Shown: positions 10,034 to 23,513 of the stretch, one piece after another
How positions within the stretch are numbered: the stretch's first letter is position 1
How the letters are laid out: the number at the start of each line of letters is the position of its first letter
NCBI RefSeq assembly: GCF_006345805.1
Contig: NW_021832150.1
Coordinates: 1 to 31,771, forward strand
Reading direction: 5' to 3'
Source of the DNA: Octopus sinensis
Lineage: Eukaryota
Length of the DNA stretch: 31,771 nucleotides
Made by a program: the position numbers and the translations under genes
Notes under the pieces: model-generated
Database searches by the model: none
Told to the model about the DNA's origin: nothing
What the model saw: the letters and a program-made list of their open reading frames with translations, nothing else

Positions 10034-10380
10034 TATATTATATATATATATACATATATATATATGCATGTATCTATATATGTATGTACATACATTCATA
10101 TATATAGAAGTATATATATATGTGTGTGCACGTATAGTTGGACGGATGGATAAATGCATACACGCATGCATGCAATCATATACGCATGCGTATATAAATG
10201 CATATATATTTTTTTTTATACATACATATACGCACATACATTCACACAAAGTGATACACATACATATAATTCATGCTTGCGTATATGTATATGTGAATCT
10301 ATGGTTGTACATGTGTGTGTATATATATATAAATTTATATATACATATATACATATATATATACATGCGTACACATTTAT
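9872..10380. repeat. (TA)n/(TG)n/(CA)n low-complexity block
   Basis: Direct reading; source of the YI/IY-rich ORFs. Confidence 0.9.
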
Positions 10381-10650
10381 ATATTCCAGTTTTTAGATTG
10401 GCACGATATTGGTCAGTTGATGATGACGACTTGTCTGTGTAATCTGATAGATCGTTTCAACAGAGAATAGAAATTTAAGAAAACAAACAAGAAAATCACA
10501 GAAACCAATACACAAACAGAAAACAAAAAATAAATGAAAAATAACAATAAAAAAATACGGAAACTATTTCCATATAAGCGAGAAGTAAACATTCATCAAG
10601 TCCCATCTTCCCACTTATTTTTCTATTTATTTGTATATTTTTATTCCAAT

Positions 10651-10684
<34 letters not shown>

Positions 10685-12204
10685 TATATGTATATATGTG
10701 TGTGTCTGTGAGTGTATGTATGTATGTATTTATGTATCTGTATACATGTATGTGTGCCCGGATATATATATGTGGTTGTGTTTGTGAGTGTGTGTATCTG
10801 TGTGTGTATGTGTGTGTTTATTGGGTTTTTCTGTATTAACTTCTCTGTCCAAATTGTTAAGCTGTTGCGCCATGTTGGCAACTAGCGTTGGTTAAAACAA
10901 GTCCATGCTTAACAGATATTTCTTTTTCTATCATTTTTCTCTCGATTCCCTCTCTATACTCAGCCTCTTATTTCCCTCGTCACTAAAACTAAAACAAAAA
11001 AAAAACACACTGTGAAATAAAGACATTTAAATTAAGCATCTACACATATAGTTGTGTATCTGTTTGTATGTGTTTCTGTGTGTAATTGTGTTTGTGGGCA
11101 TGCATGTGTGTGGCGTGCATGGGTGATGTGGACAAATTTCTCTATGTTAAATCCATTTTCCTAATGTACATTTTTATTGTTACTTTTTCTTTTTTTTGCT
11201 AATGTGTTTTTCTTTCCTTTTCAAATTAGTTTTGCTGATTGGATAAAATACTTTTGGCTGTCGTCTGCTATGAGTTTGTCGTGTATTCTATCATTCATAG
11301 AGACAAACTCACACTTACATACACATATTTTCACACACATTTTTACACACACACACACATATATGGTCGTACAGATATACACTTATGCACATCCACCCAT
11401 ACGTAGATATACAACCGCATAAGCATTAATAACAAAAACATATAACAACAAACAAACAGACATACATTCAAATAGCCAAATAGAAAAAAAAACGATCTGT
11501 TACTTTATTCTTCCCATTTAACTGCAATTGTTTCCCTTACGTCCATTAGTTTGGACAAATAAGCCATCTTTGATGTTTAAACATCAAATTCCTGTATATT
11601 TTATTGATATACTAACATTATAATTACCGCCTTCTGTACTTTCCCACTATCTTGTTTTGTTTTCGTTTTTCGTTTCTAATTTTCTTTTTCAATTTACATT
11701 TTATGTCATGGCTGCTATCATGACTGTTGTTGTTTTTCGTTATATATTTGCTTGTTGGTTCTTGTTGTCTAAGTTATTACTGTAGTTTTTGTTTTGTCTA
11801 TGTATCTCTTCTTGTTACTGTTTTAGATTAATTTTGGTTTTATATTAGCCTTGCATTTTCTCCCAGTTTCCTGATCTGATGCGATTTTTGGCATTTCCAT
11901 TGGAAGGAGTTATTCATGCTGTATATTTTACAGAGAAATTTTCGCTTTGATTTCTTTTTTTTTTTTGTGTGTGTGTGTTTTGTTCAATTGTTCTTCGTTA
12001 TATTATAACTAACTCCCCTCCTTCGTTTTGTTTTAGTCATTGTTCTATTGTTCTTTCTCGGTTTTGTTACTTTGTTTCATGCTTATTTGTGCAATGGTTG
12101 TTACAATGCGTTGTTATTGTGCTGTATTGATAATGCTGTTGCTATTACCTCCAAATTTTTGTATTACCGCATGTACATGTATGACTATTACACATAGATA
12201 CACA

Positions 12205-12420
12205 AATAATAATGATGACAATAATAATAACAATAATAATAATAAGAATAATAATAATGATGATGTTGATGATGATGAGGAGGAGGATGATGACGATTAT
12301 AATAGTAATAATAATGATAATAACGATAATAATGTTATACTAATAGCAATTTCCTTCAAGTAACATATACATACACACACACATACACACACAGACGAAC
12401 ATATACATACATAATTATAT

Positions 12421-12456
<36 letters not shown>

Positions 12457-12514
12457 TCGTCGTCAAATAAACGAATTACTATTATAATTTTATAATTATT
12501 ATTAATATAAATTA

Positions 12515-12553
<39 letters not shown>

Positions 12554-13414
12554 CAGCAGCAGCAGTAGCAGCAGCAGCGTCAGGGTTATTAGCAGCTGCA
12601 GGTACAGCAACGTGTGGCGGTGGCGGCGGCGGCGGTAGTGGCAGCCAGACATAGAGTCACCAATCACTTTATAACACTCACTTTATAATACCGCCATCAC
12701 CATCATCATCATCATCATCAACATCACTGCCATCATCATCATGATGGTCATCATCATCATCATTACCATCGCCAGTAGCATCGACAAAAGTCTTTAACAC
12801 TACCTCCAACACCAATAACTGTAAAAACGAGAGGACAGTTCGCAACTACATCATTAGCTTCAACACCACTAACACCTTCATAACCACCACCTGTACAATC
12901 ACCACCATCACCACCATCACCACCGCCCACATCTCCAACGTTGTCATTGTCATCGTCGTTAGCGCCGTTTTCTTTGAGGACATTATCGCCATTCCGCAAT
13001 ACAATGATGACATATCACAATAAATTCACGTGTAAATGAATTTACCGTTTCCATTATTTGTATGGTTTGTCGTTGATTGATCCGTGATAGCGATTATGGT
13101 GATTAGGTAATTGATGATATCGGCGAGAACGACTACGACGGCGACGGCGACGGCGACGACAACGACGACGGCGTTGATGATGATGACGATGGTGATGGTG
13201 ATGATGACGATGGTGATGACGATGATGATGATGATAGCGACGACGACGATGATGACGACGACGATGATGATGATGATGATGATAATGATGGTGATGATGA
13301 TGATGGTGGTGGTGGTGGTGGTGGTGGTGGTGGTGGTGATGATGATGATGATAGTGATGATGATGATGTGATGATGATGATGATGATGATGACGACGATG
13401 ATGATGATGACGAC

Positions 13415-13451
<37 letters not shown>

Positions 13452-13491
13452 GTGATAATGATGATGATGATGTTGATGAAGATGATGATGA

Positions 13492-13525
<34 letters not shown>

Positions 13526-13653
13526 GATGGTCGATAACAATGATAATGGGAACGGGGAGGATAACGAGGACTATTATGATGATTTTGGTAACGATGATGA
13601 TGATGATGATGATGTCGGAGATAACTTTTCGCTCTGTGCTTTCCACTCCCTGC

Positions 13654-13708
<55 letters not shown>

Positions 13709-13710
13709 CG
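12205..13710. repeat. Large compound trinucleotide region: (AAT)/(GAT), (TAG)(CAG), (GGC), (CAT)/(CAC), long (GAT/GAC/GGT), then (CT)n
   Basis: Direct reading; gives poly-H/I/S/M ORFs in several frames on both strands. Confidence 0.9.
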
Positions 13711-13939
13711 TCTCTCCCACATGTTTCCCCCTTCTTTGTACCTATTTATCAAAATCCTTCCACCCCTATCCCCAAAACTACAATCAGGTTGTTGTCATGC
13801 TGATTCTCCCCGAGAATTATATTAATATAGTACATGTGACTGTGGAATACTCGGCCACTCCCCACACTAATTCAATAAACAACAGTATTCTCATACATCG
13901 AAATCAATGCGAGAGCCCATATTATTTTTTTAAAACATA

Positions 13940-14250
13940 TGGAATATGATTTATTAGATAATTGGCTGTTATTTCTAGCAGGCTAAGTGACTCTGTGGAG
14001 GCTTTCACGTTGTTCATAACAGGAGTATGTTGGCAATTTCTGAGGATTTCATTGAATTTAGTTGTTTGATTTCCATAGTAGTTCGACTCACTAGATGTAG
14101 AAACCAAATATCCCTCAGATCACACCACACCATATTAAAAACTTAAGTTCACAATCGATAAAATAGTGTATGGAGAAGGTGGAATGGTTCCGATTGGAAG
14201 GCATTTCAACTTAGATAAGATCGTTTGGCACCTATCTTGGTTTTATCAAA
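13940..14250. mobile_element. Old degenerate interspersed-repeat fragments
   Basis: CTAGA..TAG.A.CCAAATAT.CCTCA.AT motif recurs near 14091, 15655 and 29232 and inverted near 13962; AGGCATTTCAAC recurs at 14198 and 16810. Confidence 0.4.
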
Positions 14251-14327
14251 AGTAAAACAAAGGAGAAAGTGAGTCTGAATATAGCATTGTTTTACGTAGT
14301 TCGGATGTATTATTTAGAGTCCTGTAA

Positions 14328-14782
14328 AGGCGAAGAAGAGCTGGCAGATTCATTGAGACGATGGATAAAATGGGTTGCAGCATTTCTTCTAGTTTTATGT
14401 CCTGAGTTCAAATTCCATCTAGGACATATTTGCCTTTCATCCTTTCAGATTCGACCAAATAAGAGCTAGTTGAGCGCTGGGGTCGAGACCATAGACAAAC
14501 TCAACCCACTTGAAATTTCAAGCCTTGTGCCAATAGCAGAAAGAATTATTTAGAGTGCTGAAAGAAAGCGAAATGGCAGAATCATCAGCGCATCGGACAT
14601 ATTGCGTAATGTCATTTACTCCGGTTCTTTACGTACTGAGTTCAAATTCCACGAAGGTCAACTTCACCTTTTATCCTTGCGAGGTCGAAAAGATAAAATA
14701 TCAGACAAGTACAGGAGCCGACGTAATCGATTGACCCCCGAAACACAGAACAACGGTACTCTTTCGCCAAAATTTGAAAGCA
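14328..14782 (+). mobile_element. Two diverged head-to-tail SINEs, family 2 (tRNA head + Meta-like central domain)
   Basis: TGGCAGA(A/T)TC box A, GAGTTCAAATTCC box B and TTGCCTTTCATCCTTTC domain. Duplicated flank ATTATTTAGAGT.CTG at 14309 and 14545. Confidence 0.75.
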
Positions 14783-14970
14783 TACACTCTACACGTTTGC
14801 AAATCTAATTTGAAACCAGTCAATTGTATTCCTAGATTTTAGAATATAATTAAATGCTAATTAATTCTAATATATTCACTGTGCATTTTCATCATTTCTT
14901 CTGTACCTCCGTTAGCTTGGATTAATAATAATTTATACATACATATATGTGTATGCATATATATATATAT

Positions 14971-15300
14971 AGGAATAAGAGTTTATATATAAACAACGTG
15001 AAATACACAAAAGGACGAACACGGAAAACAGACAAGTCATTCGAAGCCTTCAATCTTCAGTCAGAAACCGAATCATCATGGCAAATTTCGGCTGATTAAT
15101 TCTGATATTTGCTCCAACTCGGCCAGCCCCAAGGAAAAAACTAAGCTGTGAGCATTAGATTTCTTGGTAGAAGGAAAGAATGTAAACTCAACAGAGACGA
15201 ATATAAATACAAGAAACAGAACAAAATTGAAAATAATAATGGTTAAAAACAGGATAACAGCGGGTGTCTTATGACTTTAGACAAAATGAGTCAAAAACAA
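14971..15300 (-). mobile_element. Family C element between (TA)n tracts
   Basis: Flanked by (TA)n on both sides; reverse-complement similarity to 5450-5620. Confidence 0.6.
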
Positions 15301-15807
15301 ATATATATATATATATATATAGACAGATAGATAGATAGATAGATAGGTAGGTAGGTAGGTAGGTAGGTAGGTAGGTAGGTAGGTAGGTAGGTTGGTTGGT
15401 AGGTAGGTAGATACATATACATACATATATACTTACATACATACATATAGTGTTCCCTTTCAATTCGGACAGTTCGAAATGGTTATAGCTGGAGAGTCTT
15501 TGGTCATACGCCTGCTAGACCGCGGCCGACAAGGAGCTAAATAACCGAAATTACAAAAGCATTGCAACTTTAAACCCGAGAGCTTATTCGCATTCACCTA
15601 CGATTCTTTAAGAGAAATTGTGATCATTCACAAAGCAGTATCAATCCAGTATATATAACAACCAAATATTCCTCAAATTATATCTTGTGACATTAAAAAC
15701 AAAGGTCACAATCAGACAGCCTGTGTAAAAGACGAAATGATTACGACTGGTAGGTTTTTTTTTTTCAAAAGTAGGTTACGTCGTTTAGCGCCGACATGGG
15801 TAATATC

Positions 15808-16573
15808 GATTTCAAATTTTGGTACAAGACCAGTAATTTCGGGAGAAGTGTTAAGTCGATCACATCGATCCCATTGTTCAACAAGTACTTGTTTAATCGA
15901 TCCGCAAAGGATGAAAGGCAAAGTCGACCACCGCGGAATTCAAACTCAAAATGTAAAGACAGAAAAGAATTTTGTCCGGCCTGCTAACGATTCTGCCAGC
16001 TTGCCGACCTAGTTAATATCGATTTAATTTTTTAGCAACAAGTCAGTAATTTGAGAGGAGGGGACAGTCGACTACATCGCTCAAATAGTACTTATTTTAT
16101 CGACCCTAGATAGGATGAAAGGCAAAGTCGACCACGGCGAAATTTGAACTCAGAATTTAAAGACGGGAGAAATACCGAAGTATTTTGCCCGGCGTGCTAA
16201 CGATTCTTTCTTCTACTCTAAGCGTAAGGCCCGAAACTTGGTGGGAGGGGGCCAGTCGATTAGATCGATCCCAATACGCAACTGGTAAGGCAAAGTCGAC
16301 CTTGGCGGAATTTGAACTCAGAACGTAGCGTCAGATAGAATACCTATTTCTTTACTACCCACAAGGGGCTAAACACAGAGGACAAACAAGGACAGACAAA
16401 TGGATAAATTCGATTATATCAACCCGAGTGCGTAACTGGTACTTATTTAATCTACCCCGAAAGGATGAAAGGCAAAGTCGACCTCGGCGGAATTTGGACT
16501 CAGAACGTAGCAGTAGACGAAATACCGCTAAGCATTTCCACCGGGATGCTAATGATTCTGCCAGCTCACTGCC
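15808..16573 (-). mobile_element. Array of four family 2 SINEs (tandem and nested)
   Basis: AAGGCAAAGTCGACC..GCG.AATT..ACTCA occurs four times (~15916, 16119, 16287, 16469). Approximate units: 15808-16010, 16020-16207, 16208-16345, 16346-16573. Confidence 0.9.
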
Positions 16574-17399
16574 CAAACAGACGGAGGTAATATCAATAAC
16601 AAAATCAAAGCAAAGACAACTTGTCATACACGAAAGGTTCTTAAACCCCTTCCCGGCTTCCACTTTTAATACTGATATAACAGACGTTGGCAATGTACAC
16701 TGCATGAGGTCGCTCGCTAAACATAACGAGCACATTTTCTTCCGGTAGTCTTAGAATAGGACAGGATAATTAAGGTGGTTCTTGATTTTTTTATGTCACA
16801 TAAGAAGGCAAGGCATTTCAACATAGGTTAGATCATCTAGCGCCGATCAAGGCATTATCAGTTAAAAAGCGAAAGAAAAAAAAATCAGGGAAAAACAGCT
16901 CGTCACAAACGTAGAGTTTTTTTATCCACATCCCTTACAGCACTGTGAGAATGGATTTTCTGCTATATATGAAAATTACGGGCAAGTCATAACAGGAATG
17001 CCTTCGATGATAGACCTGTATCATCAGGGCTGATTTGGAGGGTTTAACAACCACAATGATGACAACAAGAAACAGACAAAAACTAGAAAAATAACAGAAT
17101 CAAGTTCGTCTTGAAAGAAGTAAACGTCAGCTCCATTTTTACTAGTGAAATGCTTTGCTTCTGTCCGAGACTACAATAGCAATATCAACGCAGTGAATGA
17201 ATAAATGAATAAATAAATTAACATCAACTCTTCCAAGACTATGTCTGTCCCTGTATGAATGTGTGTGTGCGTGTGCGTGAGTGTGCACGCGCGGTCTATC
17301 TGTGTGTGTTTGCTTGTGTGTGTGTGTGCCTTGGGTGTAAAAGCGTTAGGTAGATGTATTCCGTATTCCATGAGAGTTAAACGTTTCCAGCTATGCATT

Positions 17400-17428
17400 T
17401 ATACATACATACCTGCATACTTACATAC

Positions 17429-17506
<78 letters not shown>

Positions 17507-17520
17507 TGTATGTGTGTATA

Positions 17521-17568
<48 letters not shown>

Positions 17569-17580
17569 AGTATATATATG

Positions 17581-17617
<37 letters not shown>

Positions 17618-17646
17618 TATGTATATATACATATATATATATATGC

Positions 17647-17739
<93 letters not shown>

Positions 17740-17900
17740 CAGTATGTATGTATGTATATATATGTATATTGTATATATGTATGAATAAGTATATGTATAG
17801 CATTATATATTATATATATATATACATATATACTACATACATATAATATATATTATATATATATATGTATGTATGTATGTATTTATATATATACATACAT
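17400..17900. repeat. Long (CATA)/(TA)/(TG)/(TA) microsatellite
   Basis: Direct reading. Confidence 0.95.
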
Positions 17901-18196
17901 GTTGTAATAGTAGTGGTGGGTGGTTGGTTGGTTCATTGGGTGGCTGGCTGGTTGGTCGGTTGGAGGTTAATACTGCAGTTGAGATTTTTAGTTTCTTTTA
18001 TCCGTTTGAGCTATCAAAGGTTTCATACGAAACGCTCTAATTCCTAGTCAATGTCCCGGCAACTGTTAAATTAAAGCTAGATTAATATATGGCTGCTTTC
18101 TTAAATTATTCCATTCCTGTTTTCATTCTTCTTGCCTCTACCAGGTTACATCCACTTGTAATATCTTCTTCGCTTTGGTTATTTTTTTTTATTCTT

Positions 18197-18277
18197 TCAT
18201 CATGATCATCGTCATCTTCATCGCCGTCATCGCCGTCATCAACGTCGTCGTCGTCGTCGTCATCATCATCATCATCG

Positions 18278-18344
<67 letters not shown>

Positions 18345-18707
18345 TGCCATCATTTTCCTCTTCTCCTTCTTCTACTTCTGCTCCTCTTCCTCCTCTTTTC
18401 TTCCATTTTTGTTTTTTTGATTTTGTTTTTGATCTTCCACTTCCGTTTCTAATTCTGTTTCACCTCCTTCTCCTTCTCCTCCTTCTTCTCCTTCTCCTTA
18501 TTCTCCTACTCTCTGTAACCCCTCCCACCCCGCCAACATAATTCATCTCCCACTTCTGACAATTTCTTCATCTCCATATTCAAAATCAACTTCCTCTCAT
18601 CGTCACCAATTGTCATCATCATCATCATCATTGCTATCATCACAAACATCGCCTCCACCAACAGCCTCTGCAGAAACAGCACCGCCATTAGCAACCACCA
18701 CCAACAG

Positions 18708-18748
<41 letters not shown>

Positions 18749-18976
18749 CCAGTCATCATCATCATCATACCCTTTACTCTTTTTTTTCTTCATCTTTTTC
18801 CTCACCTCTTTTTCATTCTTTTTCACCGCGCTAAATCATTTTTGTTTTGCTTTTATTGTGTTTGCACGCATACGTACATAGAAACACACATACAAGCATA
18901 CCTACACGCTCTCATACATATACATATGTATATCTATCTAAGTGTGCACATGCGTATGTGTGCATATACACACACA

Positions 18977-19059
<83 letters not shown>

Positions 19060-19355
19060 TATATATATACATATATATATACATATATATACATATATAT
19101 ATATTTCTCTTTTGGTATTCTGTAATTTCCTATTTTATATATTGTGTTGTGCAGCGAATATATTATTACATAGAAGCCACGGTTGACAAAACCTGCAAGC
19201 ATGTGAACATATCCATTATAATCACGCATATATTATATTATATTATATTACAATATATATATATACATATATACATAGACATAAATATACATATATATAC
19301 ATATATATACATGTAAATATATATATATATATAATACATATATATACATACAATA
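18197..19355. repeat. (CAT)n, (CTT/CCT)n and (TA)n low-complexity blocks
   Basis: Direct reading. Confidence 0.85.
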
Positions 19356-20136
19356 TATTTACGTAGAGACAAAGAACGGATAGACATCAATAGATTCCAA
19401 TACATGTAGTGATGCGCACAAAGCTTATTATGTATGCATGAATGCATTATATATTCATAAAGATGTCCACGTTGGCTTTTTAAGTTTGCTTGCATCTAAA
19501 TGCAGAAGATCTATAAGATATCCGTAATTTTATTTGCTAATTTTGCTTAAGCTTAGCCAATTACACAATTTTTTTTTGTTTTTGATTCACTTTGTTATTT
19601 TAGCATTTTCTACAGGTATATCCTATGGTATTCTCACTATTTAATTGCTCTGAGTGTGAGGCAAGGCGAAGGCAAGTCGTGTATAATGCAGACAAAATGT
19701 TCAAAGCATACCGATCCATAGCCGAAGTTTTCATTTCGATTCCCGTTTCAATATCTTTCGCTGCATTTACCAAGCTAACGACCCTGGAGTAGGAATTATA
19801 CTAACAGCATTTAGCAATTTTTTTTCTTTTGTATTTCTATTCCACTCATATCAAGCATTCATGACAGATACTTTTGATCACAAGAGACAAGCGTTTAACT
19901 GTATGCGCTGAAATTGGTTGGTTAAATCAAATATTGTAAATTACATTTCAATGTGTCGAATCCAACGAAAGACTTTCAGTTTCGTTTTCTATCTGAGACA
20001 AATACGAATTTATTTTCTGATTTCAATTCCCAACGTAGGCAATTTTACATTTTATCCTTTCGAGCTCGTTGAAATAAAGGACTACTCAAATACATTTAAT
20101 TTCCCTTCAATTCTCCTAGATATGAATGGAATAATA

Positions 20137-20590
20137 ATAATAATAATCTTTCTTACTATAGGTACAAGGCCTGAACTTTTGGGGAAAGGATAAGTCGATT
20201 ATATCGACCGCAGTATTTAACTGATACTTAATTTATCGACCCCGAAGGGATGAAACGAAAAGTCGACATCGGCGGAATTATAATTCAGAACGTAACGGCA
20301 GACGAAATACAGCTAAGCATTTCGCTTGGCAACCTAATGATTCTGCCAGCTCGCCTCCTTGGAATAATAATAATGATCCTTTCTATTATAGGCACATGGC
20401 CTGAAATTTGTGGGGAGGGGGACAGTCGATTATATCGACTCCGGTACTCAATTGCTACTTAATTTATCGACCCCGAAAGTATGAAAAGAAAAGACGACCT
20501 CGGCGGGATTTGAACTCAGAACGTAATGGTAGATGAAATACCGCTATGTATTTCGCCTGGTGTGCTAACTATTCTGCCAGCTCGCCGCCT
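20137..20590 (-). mobile_element. Two full-length head-to-tail family 2 SINEs with (AAT)n tails
   Basis: Each unit starts AGG(C/A)GGCGAGCTGGCAGAAT on the minus strand. Flank TGGA(A/C)TAATA at 20127-20136, 20360-20369 and 20591-20600. Confidence 0.92.
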
Positions 20591-21407
20591 TGGACTAATA
20601 GTTATACAAAACATTTTCAAATGTCGCTGGAGAAGCTACGTAGTTACTAACTACATTTCCGGTTCCAATACACCTTTCAACTTCTTTATCATCAAACTAT
20701 ATTTCTAACAACGTAATTGCATGTAAGACACAAACAATGGTGTAGATGTAAAATTTCCTAACAATGCAAAAACAAAAAAAACATTTATATGTAAATCGAA
20801 AATGATGGAAGTTCGAATTGTAGCTCTAACTTACTTTTCTTCAGTTATAATACATTTAGTTGGGAAAATAATGTGCAGCTTATTTTCTCTTGCTTCTTCC
20901 ACTGAAGAAAGAGAGTAGATGTTTTTATTATACTAGCCTTCCAATAACCGTGAGTATATATGCACGTGTGTATGTATGTGTATTTATGCTGCTTCGAGGA
21001 AGCACTGAGGAAGACTAAAGAGCCAGAACACGGTCTGACAGTCCTCTTGGGAGAGATACTCTCAGAAATGGAGTTTTTACACCTTTTCCCATAAGCAGGA
21101 ATTGTTTTTCCACATTAACTGCATGAATTTGCCTTCAGAGGCTGAAATGTGTCACAAATATGCTTTGAGTCTCCTAAAGTTTGTTTATTCTTCATGACTG
21201 TTTAGTGTTAATACCATGTGCTTATTCTGACCAGGCAGTCCGCGAGCGTAACTCAGTTACTAATTATGAATCTGCTCGAGTTATCTTTCTTCGGTATCTT
21301 CTAAATAACCAGGAACGCATCTGGGACTATGCTGAGGGTAGCCAACTACAACACATATCGTATTTTAAATGTTTAATCATAAGCTAGAATATTTTCACCA
21401 CGATCGC

Positions 21408-21703
21408 TGGCACTCCGTCGGTTACGACAATGGCGGATGATCCGGTCAACGGAACGGCCTATTCCTGAAATTAACGCGCAAGTGACTGAACACTCCACAG
21501 ATACGCGTTCCCTTAATGTAGTTCTCAGAGTGATTCAGCGTAACACAGAATATGACAAAGATGACACTTTGTCAGCTGGATGGACTGGAGAAAAATGAAT
21601 TAAAGTGTCATGCTGAAGGACACAACGCACCGACAGGGACCGATCTCACGACCTTACGATAGTGAGCCAAATACCCATGACCACGATGTCACTTGCCATC
21701 ACG
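21408..21703 (-). mobile_element. Diverged SINE with tail X but a different tRNA head and CORE-like body
   Basis: 21411-21570 (CACTCCGTCGGTTACGAC...CCCTTAATGTAGTTCTC...ATTCAGCGT) matches 2174-2340. The remainder (GTGTCCTTCAGCATGACACTT on minus) is unrelated to 2340-2500. Confidence 0.75.
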
Positions 21704-22346
21704 GCAACTGCAGTGAATCTACCTTTAGAAGATGAAACCGCCTGAAAAAGAAATTCATATTTCAGTCATTCTTTGGAAACCGAAACTCATTCGAACGAAG
21801 TTATTTTTTGCAGAGAGGTATCCGGATTGTTTATCCGTGTGGTTTATCCGGAATTTGTGGGGAATTTTCGTCCAGGATCCGTTCGAATATTATAAAATCT
21901 TTCTCTTCTCTTTGGTGCCTTGACATGATGTTAAAGCGAACAGAGCCAGTCTACATGAAGAAGATCTATCTTAGCGTTGCCATGTGATACGAGCATGGTT
22001 TTAGTGGAGGATGGTTAGCACGAAAACCGTGACTTGGGAGCATTTTGGGGTTGATGCCAGCATGATTTTGACAGTGCTATTGGAATATTTTCCACAAGAT
22101 ACGAATGATATAGCGCTCGTAGTGGCATAGGAGGGAAAAAAATTTTTGAACTTCTTGAGACGATACCAATATTCAATATCCATAATATCGTATATTTTTC
22201 TTGTGATCGATCCTTCGGTCGCTCGTGATGACGAGCGAAAGTGGAGAAAAGGAGGAGCACGCCTTCTGGGATATGTAAATTTGGTGTTCAGGTGGACACT
22301 GTGTAACTTGTATATATATGCATATATATATATATATATATATATA

Positions 22347-22531
22347 GGGAGAATTCACGAAAAAACACAAGACGAAGACAGGCAGTGTAGAAAACAAACA
22401 GACGTATTAGTATAACGCTCGGGAATCGAAAAAGACTTTTACGTTTTGAGCCTATGCTCTTCTACAGAAAGGAACACAGAAACAAACAAGGAGGGAAAAA
22501 TGTGTGTAGTGGCTACCGATCTATCATGGCG
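22347..22531 (-). mobile_element. Family B element in (TA)n with hammerhead-like motif
   Basis: Reverse complement aligns with 1364-1565. Minus 22436-22471 reads CTTT CTGTAGA A GAGC ATAG GCTC AAAA CG TA AAAG. Confidence 0.8.
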
Positions 22532-22584
22532 ATCTATCTATCTATATGTATATGCATATATATATATATATATATATAAATATA

Positions 22585-23039
22585 CTAGCAGCTAAGCCCG
22601 GTTTCATCCGGTCGGTTTGGATGATGTGGCTGTAAAACCTGTTCTGTGTAAGCATTCGACTAGTTTGGGCACGCTTACATTAAAAAAAAAACAATTTTAG
22701 AATGACATTTTCTGTCAAAACGCTAAAAATAACTGACCAACAAAAGAAAAAAAACATCCAGGATTCAACCAAATCAAAAAATAAAGCCAAATACTAAGCG
22801 AACAAAGATGAACCACCCTACTGCAACTGCGCGTGCACACGCACAAAAGTACACATTCACATACACCCTTTTACATACATACGCATATATTCACACGGAG
22901 TTGAAACGCTGTTTGATTTTTGTTTCTGCATGCAATTTTCATCATCCCACTACAAAGTATGATGTCACTCCTTACTTCCTTATTCATCCATCACCCATTC
23001 CTTTTTCATTCATAAACACAAGAGTATTATTATAGTAGA
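22585..23039 (-). mobile_element. Non-autonomous Helitron (455 bp)
   Basis: Minus strand A|TCTACTATAATAA ... CCGG-ATGAAA-CCGG hairpin, GCTTAGCTG, CTAG|T: 5' TC, 3' CTAG, subterminal hairpin, A/T insertion site and no TSD. Confidence 0.75.
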
Positions 23040-23199
23040 TTATCTCGGTAACCATAGTATGTATGAAAAAAATACAAAGCCCAGCAACACCGCCGGGTCA
23101 TTGTACACATCTGTGTAATGTTTCGCGCAGTTCGACCCAGCCGTTTGGCCGTAAATCCCAAGACAAGGATGAATCGCCATGTCAAATTTATATGTAAAG

Positions 23200-23240
<41 letters not shown>

Positions 23241-23250
23241 TATATATACG

Positions 23251-23284
<34 letters not shown>

Positions 23285-23513
23285 ATTTCTTGCGCGTGTG
23301 TGTGTGTAAGACATTCATTTTGGTCTCGAAGGAAAACTTCTCTATATGACGCGGGGTTTAGTATTACAAGTACTAACGCGCACGTACATACATGCATACA
23401 TATATGTTTGTGCATGCGCATTTGCTAGAACGTGCTCCGTTGTCCAATCACGTGCCATGCTTTGAAATCCTATGGAGGTCAACTGCATTTATCGTGCATT
23501 GAAAATAAAGTGA

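Noticed and set aside
10373-10443. Possible small minus-strand exon (YTDKSSSSTDQYRANLKTG)
   Set aside because: Plausible acceptor but weak donor; no recognisable protein, and a plus-strand reading is equally plausible.
10840-10882. Kozak-like GCCAACATGGCG on the minus strand / RFX-like GTTGGCAAC
   Set aside because: The frame runs into microsatellite, and short motifs are expected by chance.
13026-13949. Long poly-His/Ser/Ile/Met ORFs
   Set aside because: Trinucleotide tracts open in several frames on both strands; no domain or splice support.
15808-16573. CRISPR-like or other prokaryotic array/system
   Set aside because: The recurring motifs are parts of ~200-bp SINE units in eukaryotic DNA; no unique spacers, cas genes or operon structure anywhere in the window.
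21732-22305. Tc1/mariner-like hints (RNLWGIF peptide; TACACAGTGTCC end)
   Set aside because: Similarity too short; no DDE context and no matching second TIR found.
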